Source: Felis catus
Taxonomy: Eukaryota
Reading direction: 5' to 3'
Length of the DNA: 64,000 bases
Assembly: GCF_018350175.1 (NCBI RefSeq)
Contig: NC_058368.1
Location: forward strand, 223,760,001 to 223,824,000
The notes under the pieces are model-generated. The model did not search any database. It was not told the origin of the DNA and worked only from the letters and a program-made list of their open reading frames with translations. Below, in pieces: positions 12,252 through 25,292 of the stretch. A program made the position numbers and the translations under genes. The stretch's first letter is position 1; every line of letters starts with the position of its first letter.

Positions 12252-12927
12252 AGTGGTAAAAGAGTCTGCATTGTGTGAATGGAGGCCTTGGGGCTTGGAT
12301 TCCCCATGAGAAGATGTAGGTAGGGATCTATGCTTGTGTAAAGACAGCCAGAAGGAAAAGAACAAGCACAAAAGCAGTTTATTAAAACAAAAGTACACAC
12401 TCGGGTATGAGAATTGGCAGGTTCTGTGAGATAGAACAGGCCCCTGGATCCTTTGGGGATTGGATATTATTGGGTCTGTCTGGGTGGGAGGAGCCATGAG
12501 GACAGTGAGGTGGTCTCTAATGGAAGCTACTTCCAATCATTTGGGAAACTCTTCCCACAGATTGGGAGGGAGAGTTTTTACCCTAAAAGATCTGTACTGA
12601 ACTGTCATGGCAGTCTTTTTCTCATCTGGCTGGCAGGGCTGTGGTTGCAATGCAAATGCATTATACTGAGTCTAGGGGTTACCCTGGGGCAGAGGCGGTA
12701 GAGGACAATGCGTGCTCCACATCTACAGCTCTTTGGTCTGTCAGCTCCCAGGTCATGGAAGTCACGAGGTCAAGATGTTGTGTTCCCAGCCTTTTAATAT
12801 ATATCTCATTTATCATCATCCTTGCCTCCAGCTCAGGGCTCTATCATTCCCCTTCAAGGACTTCCAACTCTGCCTCTGGGAGTTGACTCCACTGCTCTTG
12901 TCTAGCTTCTACCTAATCTATCTATCA
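12252..12927 (-). mobile_element. ERV LTR (probably carnivore-specific) nested in MLT1
   Basis: GC-richer block interrupting MLT1. Minus-strand AATAAA (TTTATT near 12380). Minus strand starts TGATAGATAGATTAGGTAG. Confidence 0.6.
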
Positions 12928-13785
12928 TCTATCTATCTCTCTATATCTTCTCTTACTATCTTTGAAAAAGCAAGCTGCCATGAATGTTACAACCACAAGC
13001 TACTGAATGCTGCCCACGATCATGAGAACAGGAAAGAGAATCATTCCCCAGTAGATCTTTCAAATGGAAACGTCATTATGGCTAACATATTCAGAGCAGC
13101 CTTGTGAGACCCTAGCTAAGTTATGCCTGGATTTCTAACCCATAATAACTATGAGAAAATAAATGGGGATGCTTTGAAGCTGCAAAGTTTGAGGTAATTT
13201 GTTATGAAACATAGAGAACTAATCACAGCATATCTCTGCCCAGAAAGAAAGAAGAATATATTTCAGTTAATTTTGAGGAAGTCCAGAAAACTATTATCTG
13301 ACCAATGTCTTTTTAACCATACTCTCATCCTTATAACTTTCTATAGTTTCTTTAATTATCTTGATTCAATTATGTTTTCTTTTTTATTATGTTTTCAAAG
13401 AGGTTGTTTTTCCTTCATATTTCTGATATTCAAACATTTTGTTTTAATTATTAAAATTTTATACAAGCTTATTGTTTTTTCAGACTCATTTTGTTATATT
13501 TTATGATTGAAAGTTTTACTAGTAAATGCATGAAAAGGAAATGCCAGTTTATAAATCACAACTCTAAATCAGATTTCCAATTTAGAAACCAGAAATTGGG
13601 TGTTACAGTAAAGTCAAATACTGGAGAATATAGGATATTGTTTCATTTTTAATCTTCTGCTCATATAGTTGAAATAGTTAAATATAAAATCATTTAATTG
13701 ATAATTAAATATTTAATGTATGTGTGTATAAATAAATGGCAGATTCAGACTGAACCTATGTCTAACTCTAAAACTTATGGTCTTA

Positions 13786-14014
13786 GGGGCACCTGGGTGG
13801 CGCAGTCGGTTAAGCGTCCGACTTCAGCCAGGTCACGATCTCGCGGTCCGTGAGTTCGAGCCCCGCGTCGGGCTCTGGGCTGATGGCTCAGAGCCTGAAG
13901 CCTGTTTCCGATTCTGTGTCTCCCTCTCTCTCTGCCCCACCTCCGTTCATGCTCTGTCTCTCTCTGTCCCAAAAATAAATAAAAAACGTTGAAAAAAAAT
14001 TATAAAAAAAACCC
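13786..14014 (+). mobile_element. Young felid SINEC_Fc
   Basis: CpG-rich, near-identical to the 4664-4890 copy. Perfect TSD AAAACTTATGGTCTTA (13770-13785, 14015-14030). Confidence 0.97.
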
Positions 14015-14152
14015 AAAACTTATGGTCTTAGACATTAATGCTATTTTACCATCCTTATATTTATATTGTTTGTCATGAGCATGATAGAATTAATGTTATC
14101 TATTAATCTATGAATTTCCGTTCAACTATTTTAATTAACTCAGAATATGGCA

Positions 14153-14290
14153 ATTGTTTATTTAAATATTATTTATGAGCACCTATTATAGTTAAGGTAC
14201 TATGTTAACACTGTGCTGAGGATGGAGAGATAAGCAAAATATATCGAATTCTTGCTCTTATAAAATTTAACATTGTATGGAGATCAAAGA
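14153..14290 (-). mobile_element. L2 3' end remnant
   Basis: TATTTATGAGCACCTATTAT...ACTGTGCTGAGGATGGAGAGATAAG. Confidence 0.6.
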
Positions 14291-14922
14291 CAGTGGCATT
14301 AATCAAATAGTCATTCTAAGATACCCTATACCATATTTATTAAAAAATAAATAAAAACTGTTTTAAAAATTTGGATATAAAAGTTAATGGGAAACATTTG
14401 TGATTCATTGATAAACTATGCATTGTTTAGAACACATTCCTCTGAGTTTTCTGACTGTGATTTTAGTTCAATAAAGATCCTGTGGTTTCTTTGTCTTTGA
14501 GCCACTTCGCTGTTATATAAGTTTAGATAACAGATGCACTTGCAAATAACTGTCTCTAGACATGCAAAATAAATTCTGCCCCGTATAAAGACTTGTCCTC
14601 ACTCCTCTGTTCCACATCCTCACCTGATGGAAAAAGTCTGTTTGGCAGCCAGCCATTTACCAATTTATTTCTGTAAGCTTCATTTGGCATTCTGTATTTC
14701 TCCAAGCCCTCCACATGGTTCTGATGAATAGATAAGTTTGGGAACCATTTCATAGGTGATGGAGGTTACTGATGAACTTCACATCAAATGTTGTGATGAA
14801 ATTTGGAAATCACACCCAAATTGTACTGAGCAGAGGAATAAGTGAGTAATGATAACATGGCTTTCTGTCATTAAAAAAAAAAAAAAAATTGAACTATTTT
14901 TGGCTTAATAGGAGAGGAGATT

Positions 14923-15088
14923 GTGGAGCCTGGGTGGCTCAGTCAGTTAAATGCCTGACTTCAGCTCAGGTCATGATCTTATGGTTCATAGGTTCAAGTC
15001 CCTCATTGGGCTCTGTGCTGATAGCTCAGAGCCTGGAACCTGCTTTGGATTCTGTGTCTCCCTCTCTCTCTCCCCCTCCCCTGCTTGT

Positions 15089-15133
<45 letters not shown>

Positions 15134-15160
15134 AATAAATAAACATCAAAAAAAGTTTTA
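14923..15160 (+). mobile_element. Can-SINE (SINEC_Fc-like)
   Basis: Full element with long (CT)n. TSD AGGAGAGGAGAT (14910-14921, 15162-15173). Confidence 0.95.
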
Positions 15161-15431
15161 AAGGAGAGGAGATAATCAAGATAAGTATGGGGGGTATATA
15201 GGTAAGGGTTAGTTGCTTGATGATTGTTGTTGCTTTTCTAAATAAGAGATATTTGAGGAGAGTTAAAAAGATATTTGAGGATAGGAAAAGATCTGAAGAA
15301 AAAGCCTGAATATAAAATAAAACAAATGTATTTTTATTTAAAAATGTTCTTGAGAAGACTGAAGAAGATGAAGTCCAAAGGTAACATCTTCAAGTTCAGC
15401 ATTAGATGAGAACTGTTATTTGCTTTTAGTG

Positions 15432-15642
15432 CAGATTTGGTAAACTTTTTTTTTTGTAAAGTCTAAATACTTTAGGCTTTGAGGAACAGTCTTTGTTAAA
15501 ACTAGTCAACTTTACCTTTTTATCTGGAAAGCAGACATCAACAGGTAAAACATTGGGTATTTCTGTGCTGCAATAATGCTCTACCTACTAAAGTAAGCAG
15601 TGGGGTCATTTTTGGCCCACGGGCTAAAGTTTCCAGCCATTG
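15432..15642 (+). mobile_element. MER58A-like hAT-Charlie miniature DNA transposon
   Basis: CAG...TG ends, TTTGGCCCACGGGCTAAAGTTTCC. 8-bp TSD TTTTAGTG/TTTTAATG. Confidence 0.8.
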
Positions 15643-15885
15643 TTTTAATGTAACAGGAACAAAGCAGTAGAAGATATTGAGCTATAAGAATGCTCTTGTG
15701 TTGGTATACTTATAGAATAAAGATCGAAGGGGTTGGCTTTTTCTGATTGTTACTGTAATATCTGTAATTTAGGTGACAAAATAATCAATTGATCTTGTCT
15801 TACTGAGGAGTAATTCCATGAGAATAGGACATTTTTTAAAAGTAATTTCAAAGCATGAGTTTATCCATAGAATTTCTTGGTGTAG

Positions 15886-16597
15886 TGAAGGCAATCTGAG
15901 ATTTATGATCAAAACTCTGCCTGCCATGGGGCGCTTGGGTGGCTCAGTGGGTCAAACGTCTGACTTCAGCTCAGGTCATGATCTCACAGTTCATGAGACT
16001 GAGCCCCTCCCCGGGCTCTGCACTGACAATGGTGGAGCCTGCTTGGGATTCTCTGTCTCCCTCTCTCTCTGCCACACCTCAAAATAAATAAGTAAACTTA
16101 AAAAAAATAAAGTGGAGCGAAGAAACCCCCCAAAAAGTGGAGCCAAGAGGCCAGAGCAGGGGCTCTCCTGCCCTATCAAGCCACATTAAGTGCAGACCCT
16201 TCAAGGAAGAGACACTACCTTCCCAACAGCAAGAAGCCTCCTTCACTACTCCGGGAGGAAGAAGGAAGCATTTCTTCTTGCTCAGCCAGAAATCCAGTCA
16301 AGACAAATTTCCATAGCTCAGCCAGTGAGAGAACCCTGAACTCTAATTTTCCTCCAGGGACTTTCATTCAGAGCAGCCCCGCCCAACCTCCTCCTTTTTT
16401 GTCTTTCTTTCTTTCTTTTTCTTTTTCTGTTTTTTTTTTTTTTTTTTTTAATAAATGAGCAGTTCCACTCCTTTGATCTCAAGGCTTACCTATGGTTTGC
16501 CATCCCTTGCATGTCCTAAATTGCAATTCCTCTGCTATTCGTGAGTAAACCTATTTCTCCGGTAAAATAACTGGCTATTTTACTTTTAAAATTGGCA
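15886..16597 (+). mobile_element. ERV1 solo LTR (MER89/MER110-like) containing a SINE
   Basis: TG...CA ends, flanks GTAG/GTGG, 3' motif AATTGCAATTCCTCTGCTATTC...GGTAAAATAACTGGC. Confidence 0.6.
15928..16110 (+). mobile_element. Can-SINE
   Basis: GGGGCGCTTGGGTGGCTCAGT head, (CT)n, A tail. Confidence 0.93.
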
Positions 16598-18434
16598 GTG
16601 GTAACCCTGTGAGTAAGTTAGAAGCTTGGGGCTTCCAGATAAATAATTCTAGGAGTCCTCAGCAAGTTGTCCACAAGCGTTTTAACTTAATTTGTTTTTA
16701 TTTGGAGGATACTATAAAATTTATTTTGAATGTATTTTAAATCATTTAATGAGCTGTCTTTTGACCAAATATGGCCAAACTATGTTTGTGTCTTTTGAGA
16801 ACATGTTTAAGATGGGTACCTTTAAATAACAGTGCTAATAGGGAAAATATTATTCAGACTTAATTCATGAGTGAAGCTTGTGCAATGAGTGAAATACAAC
16901 GGGCAAGAGGTCATACTGTACTGTTGAAAGTTTCATGGAAGTTTCACTAGAGAAAAGAAGCGAAAAATTGAGAAATCACACATTGACTAGGCTTTGTTAA
17001 CTCAAAATAACCTGAAATTTAACAATGATTTATCTTTGATTAGGCAATAGAAGCATTATATTGTTTTGATTAAAAATGTTTGATTTTTGTAGTTTTGTTT
17101 TTATTACTATAATTAAATGAATTAGTACGGCAATGTTCTGATGGTTAGTTTGCTAAAAATTGTTACTATTTTTTTGCTCACACATGTCTGAAGGATGTAA
17201 TTAAAATGACTTAACTGAAAAAGGGTGGGAAGCTTGAACAATGATGGTATAGGTGATGTAAACATTTTAGGTAATTTAAATGCGTCAGATATTAGTTCAG
17301 ATGATAATTATGGGTCAGATGGTAAAGATGCACACTTTTATGTAAATTAGAAGCAAACTCTAAAATAGTTGAAGCTGGCTTTGTTTGGTATACGCCACCA
17401 TTCTTGGCTACATTCAAATCCCTTTGGAATGCAAAAAGCCCTAATGAAAGCTATGATTAACTAGTTACATAGTTCATAACTGAGGTCTAATTATAAGTTT
17501 AGACATTTCCTCGCCTAACAAAGAAAAAGTCATTGCTCTGACAGCTGCAGAAGCTATAAAAGCTGGGAAATGTCTAAGTAAGGGAATTTAAAACAGCTGT
17601 GACATTGTCAGGGTAAAACCCTGCCGTTTCTCTTAGGCGAGGTGAGAGAAGATGTATCATTAAGTACACAACAAGACACATCTTTATGTGCGAATTCACC
17701 AATTCTCATAGGTTGTAAAATTATAACTTCCAATTTTTTTAACAAAGCCTACAACTCTCGGGGTTTTAAATAGAAAGTAACGTACTGCAATCACAAAACA
17801 TTCACAAAACTTTTCTGGAGAAAAACTGTCTTCATAACTGTTTTTCATTTCTTTGTAGGATATAACTAGACTCCTCCGGTTGGCAAAGACAGCTACATTA
17901 AAAAACAGAATTTAGAGGTGTCTCTGTGGCAGTTTGGTAAGGTGAAACCATTTTATAACATCAAAGATTAGGTCTTAAATTTCCAAATTTATGACTCAAT
18001 GACATATGGTGAAATTTAATAAAATTATATATCTGTTTTTATATCTAATTATATGTATGTCAGTTTATATAGGTATGATTATACAAGTGCATTTTATAGT
18101 CAAATATAGCTAAATGATCAAAATATATTTTATAATTATATATATATAAAACAACATATGTAAATTGACCATCATGTATAATATGTTGACTATTTGACAA
18201 TATTTGACTATTCAATATAATTATAAAATTAAATACATGGAACAAAAGAGAATAATTTTACCATTTACTGTTTGGTTTGTATGCTAATTTTTATCACTAA
18301 AAAAAAAAATACATTTTATCTAAGAAAAAGGTGTCCTAAGATCGAATAGGTTTCATTTTAGAGCTTTTGACAATCTCACTATGTAAAATACATTAGCAAT
18401 TTGTAGAGGTCTTCCACTATGTGAATTGATTTAC

Positions 18435-18552
18435 ACATTCATTCAAGAAATGTATAGGTAACAGTTAATATGCAGCAGACATTACCGTAGGCTGCTGTTC
18501 AAGGTTGAGGAACAAAATAGACAAAACCTCATGTACCTTTCAGTCCAGAAGG
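18435..18552 (-). mobile_element. L2 3' end remnant
   Basis: CATTCATTCAAGAAATGTAT... terminal motif. Confidence 0.5.
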
Positions 18553-19699
18553 AACGCTCATTAGCCAATGAAAAATGTCAACTGAAGATACTTTTTTATT
18601 CTATTAATCCTAAAATGCATTGTTTAAAAATTTTGTTTTGAACTTTGTCTCTGAACTTAGTATCCATTGTCTGTTTAATAGTGCCTTCCAGGAAGCCATT
18701 TTTTAGTCCTTGAAATAGAAAGTAATTATCATGGTTTGCCTAAAGGCATATTTGGTTGGACAGTGTATATGTCACTATATTAGTAGAGTCATGTTTTGCT
18801 TGACAAAATTTCTCAGTCTTTAACGGAAAGGAATTTACAGGCATAACAGTTCCTCTCACATTAATTACTGTAATTAATTAAGTTAATTAACTAACATAAA
18901 GGAGAAGGGATTTCCCTTCAACTTACTAATATGGGCAAGAGGTCCATGCAGGGATCCAGGGAAGAGAGTAGAACTGGAATTGGCTTGAGATCATAGGAAC
19001 CGGAAATGATGAAGCAGTACTTTTTGGTGTAGACAGAGGTATGTACCGTTAAAGAATAAGCTCACGTAAGAGAACATCTAGCTGTTATTGCTGGTGGTGG
19101 ATATTAAAAGACATGCCAATGCACATTTCTATACACCGATATTCGGGATTATTTAAAGAAGGAATAAAAGTCCTGATTATTGATCACCTCTGCTGAAATT
19201 AAGAAATTGCCAACACCAAAATATGCAAAATGTGTCCCGGTGGTTTAATGTGAAATCCAACAAACAATGATAAAGTACTTTTTGGAAAAAATAAGAGATG
19301 TCTTCTTTCTTTGTATTTGTCAATTCTCTTAATAGCATTCTATGGAAAACATGGCCATCAATAACCGTGAATTAGAAACCAAAACGTTGGGCTGTGAACT
19401 TAAGAAAGGCTGAAGAATACGTACACCAATTTATTTTGCTTATAATTATGATTTTTTATATGCACAAGAGTCATAAATATTGAATACATTTCAAACCATT
19501 CTTTTAGAAAACTTAAAATGAAAATTATGAGTGATACAAAAAATATTACTTCAAAGTTCGAAAAAAGTTGCTGCTTTCCTAGCAGTATATAAAATAATTC
19601 TGGGCCTTCCAGTCAGATAGTGAAACACATGGTAATTAATACGTTTGCTGAAAGGAAACAGGATAAGGGACAAAACCCTGTAAATTGAGGAATGATTCG

Positions 19700-21250
19700 T
19701 AAAGATTGCTATGCAACATTTCTGTTAAAGTGACATTTGTTTTTAGAGTTGAAAAATTAGAAGGGCTTGCTTTGCAAAGACATGTTTACTGTAGAATTTA
19801 TCCAAACTGAGCCATTGCTGAGGGAAAGGGGGAACTCTTAATACTTATGCTGGGATTGTATATAGAAAACCAGTGAGTGTGGTCAACAGTAAACAAAGAG
19901 TGGGGAGGAAACAGAGGGAAGGCAGAAGAAAATGTAAAATAATGAGAAAAAGGTGGGAATGTAGAAGTAACGTAAGAGAGTTTGGATAGGTTGTAATAGA
20001 ATTAGAGAGTGTGCTGTTGAGATGAGATGCAAATGATAAATGAGACAAGATCAGGCAAACACTACGAACCTAAGGTAGAGGTCATATTTTATTCTAAATG
20101 CCACTGGAATGCATTTAAGTTGAGGATACTATTGTCTGATTTCTAATGTAAAAGTATGCATCAGGGGACGAATTAGGAGGTTACTGCAATAACCCGTATG
20201 AAAGAATGACCAGGATGGTGACAATGGATATAAGGAAAAGTTAACATATTTATACATAAAAAAAAAACTTTTAATATCTAAGAAGCACTGAGGCTTGGAT
20301 ATAATGGCTGAGGGAGAGAAAAGTGAAAAATGGCTCTACCTTTTCTTGCTTGAATGATTGGATGGATTCTGGCATAATTTTCTGATATATGATGGTTCAA
20401 AGAGGAACTAGCTTGGGTAGAGAAGTCAGGATTTCTGCATAGTACCGTAGATAAATAGGACTGAAGTTCAAAGGAAAAGTCTAGAAAAAAGAGGTAAACT
20501 TAGGCAACAGCACATAGGGGTGACTGGGTGGCTCAGTCGGTTAAGCATCCGACTTCCGCTTAGGTCATGATCTTGTGGTCCATGAGTTCGAGCCCCGCGT
20601 CGGGCTCTGTGCTGACAGCTCAGAGCCTGGAGCCTGTTTCGGATCCTGTGTCTCCCTCTCTCTGACCCTCCCCCATTCATGCTCTGTCTCTCTCTGTCTC
20701 AAAAATAAATAAACGTTAAAAAATTAAAAAAAAAAAAGAAAACAGCACATCATATTCAATAACGCAATATGCTTATTTTGCCCAAGGAGAGCGTGTAAAA
20801 AGATGGGAAAGCAAAAATCTGAGCTATAACTGATGAGATGTGGAAATGGGGAGAGCGTCTGGCAAAGTAAGATGAACCACACATGTAAGCAGAAAATTGA
20901 GAAGCATCATGTCAGTGAACCCAACAGAAATTACTGCAAGAAGAAAGTGTGGTTGAACACATCAACCACGGTGGTAGCATTTGATAAGATCAGATGAGAG
21001 GAATTGCTACCAACTGATTTGGCAAAAAGTACTGAAAAATATATATGATAGAAAGTACCTCTAGCCATTTGTGGACAGATAAATAAAAGGCAGAAGTTGA
21101 GAGAATGTGGGTGGAAACTCTTTCAAGAAGATGCCTAGGAAGGGGCTGAGAGAAATGAGGGGCAAGATGGAAAACAACTCAGAATCAAGAGGAAGAATTA
21201 TAATTATTATTGTTATTCTTTTATTTTAATGATAATGTCCTAGGAAGAAT
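19700..21250 (-). mobile_element. Highly decayed L2 fragments
   Basis: Purine-rich L2 motifs (TTTTATTCTAAATGCCACTGGAA; TTAGGAGGTTACTGCAATAACCC; TTTTCTTGCTTGAATGATTGGATGGAT). Confidence 0.55.
20517..20740 (+). mobile_element. Can-SINE (SINEC_Fc-like, fairly young)
   Basis: Full element. TSD AACAGCACAT (20506-20515, 20741-20750). Confidence 0.96.
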
Positions 21251-21315
21251 CTATATTCTTGGCTAGGAGGCAGGCAACACACATTAAGAAGGGAGAACTT
21301 GATTTAATATATGAT

Positions 21316-21321
21316 AAAAAA

Positions 21322-21372
<51 letters not shown>
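21316..21372. repeat. (GAAA)n microsatellite
   Basis: Direct reading. Confidence 0.95.
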
Positions 21373-21373
<1 letters not shown>

Positions 21374-21550
21374 GTGTCCCTGGGTGGCTCAGCCAGTTAA
21401 ATGTCTGACTCTTGATACTGGCTCTGGTCACGATCTCAGGCTTGGTGAGACTGAGCCCCGCTCTGACAGAGCGGAGCCTGTTTGGGATTTTCTCTTTGCC
21501 TTTTTACCCCTCCCCACTCATGCTCCCCCCTCCAAGTAAATGGATAAACT
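21373..21550 (+). mobile_element. Can-SINE (older)
   Basis: GGTGTCCCTGGGTGGCTCAG head, diverged body and tail. Confidence 0.88.
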
Positions 21551-23799
21551 TTGTTGTCTATATATGTCTCTCTATATAGAAATATGTAAATATACAGATG
21601 ATAGCAAGAAGCAAAGTTCTTGAGAAACTTAGAAAAATTCAAGTATAAAAGCAGAGATTGCTTTTAGATTACAGAGACCCTCTGTGGTATCTGACCTGAG
21701 GGTACAAAATCAACTTGCAGACCTGTAACTACCAACACCTTGATTGAACAACTGGTTGGTAAGGACAGAATTAGAAAGAAAAAAAGTGTTGGGAGGTGGG
21801 GTGGGAGTGAGAGAGGACATAAATGTAAAATTTCAAAAAACATTTAATTTTCAACATTGATCAAGCATGACTGAACGTATAAAAAGCTTTAAAGTTTTTT
21901 TGAGAAATTAACCAATGAGAGAAAGTAATGTTATCAATGGAAACTAGAAGATTTCGGGTGTCCCCAAATATTGGAAGAGTGGCTCTCAAAAGACATGAAT
22001 CCAAGCATATGTGGGTGGCCATGGTGGTCGCAGGTGGGAGATATTGGTGAAAGTTAGTACAAGTAACAGGTTATGACTGAAACTAAGTATGCTCACCCCT
22101 GGCTTTTCCAGGGAATATATAGAAGAATGTTTTGCATTTACTTACTGATCTACCTATACCAGTGCCCCCTCTTATTTCTCAGTGAGGTGAGAACCAGGAA
22201 TTAACCATTTGTCTTGTTTTCATAAGTTGAAGGAGATAATCGCTTCCATAGCTTATCCCAGTAATATTAGGAAAGAAAATGAACACAAGGTATCTATAAG
22301 CTATTTAACATCTAAAACAATTAATGTCCAATGCTACAATATACCTGACAGAACTATCACCTGTGGGAAGGAGAGAGGTAAACAGGAGGCGATGCATTTT
22401 ATAATGCTTCCAAATAATCTTGTCACAACGTCACCTCTCATCCTTGGAAAGCTTATCTCATTCTTAGTAGTCAACTGTTTCATAGAAGGCAGTAATGCTT
22501 TCTTACAAAGCGCCCCTTATTGTTACTGTCAAAATAAACGATATTCAAATGATGCACTCAAATGGGATAATAGTATATTTGACTCAGTTGTATTTTCTAT
22601 CTTCCCCTAGAGGGGAAAATCATCGCATTTTTCAATTTTATATTTCTATTATATAAACAAGTATACCAATCTGGTACTGCGCACCTAATACTTTTGTAGA
22701 ATGGTAAAAGTAATCCTTTCTTAAAAGATGCCAAATTGGTCCCTTTAGCTATAGTAATAGCTCCCTGTCACAAATTGATTGCATCAACATAGATTAGATC
22801 TGATTCAGTGGTTAAGACCGAAATAAGCAGAAAATTGCAAAGGCAATTTAATTATTTTAACAATATTAATCACTGAATTGCACTGCATTAACTTATTTAG
22901 GTTAGGAATGATCTATTTCAAAGCAGTTGCTGTGATTTTTGCTTGAAATGGAAATTAACCATTTGTGGAAGCTCATCATACAGCCTTTTTAAATTGAATC
23001 TGGTATTGTTCAAAATTAAGTATTGACTTTTCTGATTTAGAAAGTTCAAGAGTGATAGGCAGACACTATAGGTTTACAGAGATGTTATATATTTTTTCCT
23101 ATGGTTAACAGGAAAATATTCAGAGAATTTGGTTATGTAGAAAGGTTCTCAGAGTGTCTATCGTCTGGAAATAAGACAGTAATGCAGAAAGATATCTTTC
23201 CTGCTGTTTTCAATCAGCTCCTCTCAGTATTGTAATAAAAATAACATGGTAATGATTGTTACATATACAAATAAAGCCCCTCAGGTTGTAATCATGGAAA
23301 TGAATATTGACTTGTCAAACTAGAGCCCACACTACCATATATGACAGTGGGAAATTATAGAGTTTACAATGTATCATGACTAAGTGAAAATCAATTTAAT
23401 TGGAAATACATGTCAATTTTATGATACTTTAAGAGTATTTTGAACTGATAATGATGAAGTCTTTTGACCTAACCAGAATTAAATTATAACAGCTGTTATA
23501 TCTCAATCCCAACCCATGTCGAATGAACCCAACACTTAGAACATCTGTTCTGCAGTAAAAGAAGGCTAATTGCTGCAATCTCAATGACGTTCAAGTAGAA
23601 TTGCCAGATTCCAACAGAGAGCAAAGAAAGAAAAAGCAAGTTGGAAGAATTAGTATTCACTAAAGTAAGAGCCTTCATTTTTTTCCTGAAAGAAAAATAA
23701 AGAAATCTGCAGTGAACTAGTTTATAATTTTAAGATAGTTAAACATAGTTGGAGTAATTATTTTCTAAATAAATATATAAATGAATGAATAAGTAGATG

Positions 23800-23990
23800 A
23801 CCCAGCATGGCTGCTCACATTTCTAAAGGTAGACTCAGAGGGCTGGGACACAAACCTCTTTGGAAATATTATGAAAGGTGTGAACCTTTTCCAAAGGGAA
23901 TACAGTGTATATTCAGAAAATAATTTCAAGGTATCCATTTATTCTCAAACCCCCATCCTCAAGTAGCTAAGGTTAAAACATCTGTTCTAG
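23800..23990. mobile_element. Old hAT-Charlie miniature element (MER103/MER117-like)
   Basis: ACAAACCTCTTTGGAAATATTATGAAAGGTGTGAACC...AGGTTAAAACATCTG. Confidence 0.45.
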
Positions 23991-25241
23991 AGTTTGGGTT
24001 TTATTTATTTATTATTTTATGTGTTCATGTTGGGAAACAAGACAAAGAAAAAAAATGAGAAGTAAAAAATAGCCTAATATCTGTAATTACTATTAATTGT
24101 ATAATGTGCATTACACATTAAAAATTTCTGATTGGGATTGTAAGTCAAAAGTAGAGAAATTTGATTAATTAAAAATATTGAGAAAATGGAAATAGTAAGC
24201 TATTCATGTGTAGCATAAAAGTTAAATGTTCATAAAAACCAATATGAACAATATATATGGCATCTGCTATATAATGTAAAATTTCACTACATTACATTTA
24301 TTGTTGTAAAAATTTCTATTTAAAGTCATTGAAATGTTGGTGCTTTAGTTTTAAGGATAAATCAGAAATGTGGGTAGACATGTTAGAATATAACATTGGA
24401 TGTTGAAATAAAGATATGTGACGTAAATAAATACTAAAAAGAGAGACGAGACACAAATGGTAAATCAACCATGAATGAAAAGAAGGTAAAAAGTATTGAA
24501 GAAAGTCTCTAGAAATCAATAGGCATTGCTTCTTTAAAAATAAATAAATAATGTTTACTTTAAAAAATAATGATTACTTTCAGAATCAATATCTGAAAAA
24601 TTGAGGTGTGATTTAAATTTTTAAATCAACTTAATTGAATTACAATTGGAAAACAAAAAGCTGTAGATATTTGATGTAGATGAATAAGCATTCTTTTTGT
24701 GATAAAAGTATTTTGATGATTTAATGAGAAGATTCGTCATTGCCCTTGTTGTCATCTGTAGGAAAGTGCTTCCATGATAATGGCCTGATTCTGCATTGCA
24801 TTTGGAGTGGTCATCACCAACTCCCTGGTAAACCACATTATTGCTGTTTAGATGGTTTTTTTTTTTTTTTTTTTTTTTTTCCTGGCTGCCTCCTAATGGC
24901 TTCTTAGCCTTTCATCTTGTTTCTTAATTTGAAAGGATGTTGAGCCTTCTCCTCTGTCTTCTCAATTTATCTCTTCTATTTGGAAAATATAATTCTCAGA
25001 CTTATTTCAATCAACTTTGAAATTCAAAATAAGTCATATATCTTATCTAAATACAAACATGTGAACATTAGGGCAAATTCTACTTTATTTTCAAACTCTT
25101 GCAACAAATCCCATTTTTGATACATAGCCTTTCACAAGATTACTGTTCTCCCTTGACACTCACTAGTCTTAAGGAAAAGTGAAAAATTTGCAGCCGAGTT
25201 TAGAAGAAACTTTGTGATCTAGTTTAAGCTATCCATTCCAG

Positions 25242-25246
<5 letters not shown>

Positions 25247-25290
<44 letters not shown>
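25247..25290. repeat. Poly-T tract (44 nt)
   Basis: Direct count. Confidence 0.95.

Positions 25291-25292
<2 letters not shown>

Larger units (their letters stand above)
12051..13227 (+). mobile_element. MaLR LTR (MLT1E/F-like), split by a younger LTR
   Basis: TGTGGTG start with TGAGTGTGGGCCAGATCTGTGACTT. 3' half (about 12950-13227) ends GTAATTTGTTATG...AACTAATCACA. Confidence 0.75.
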
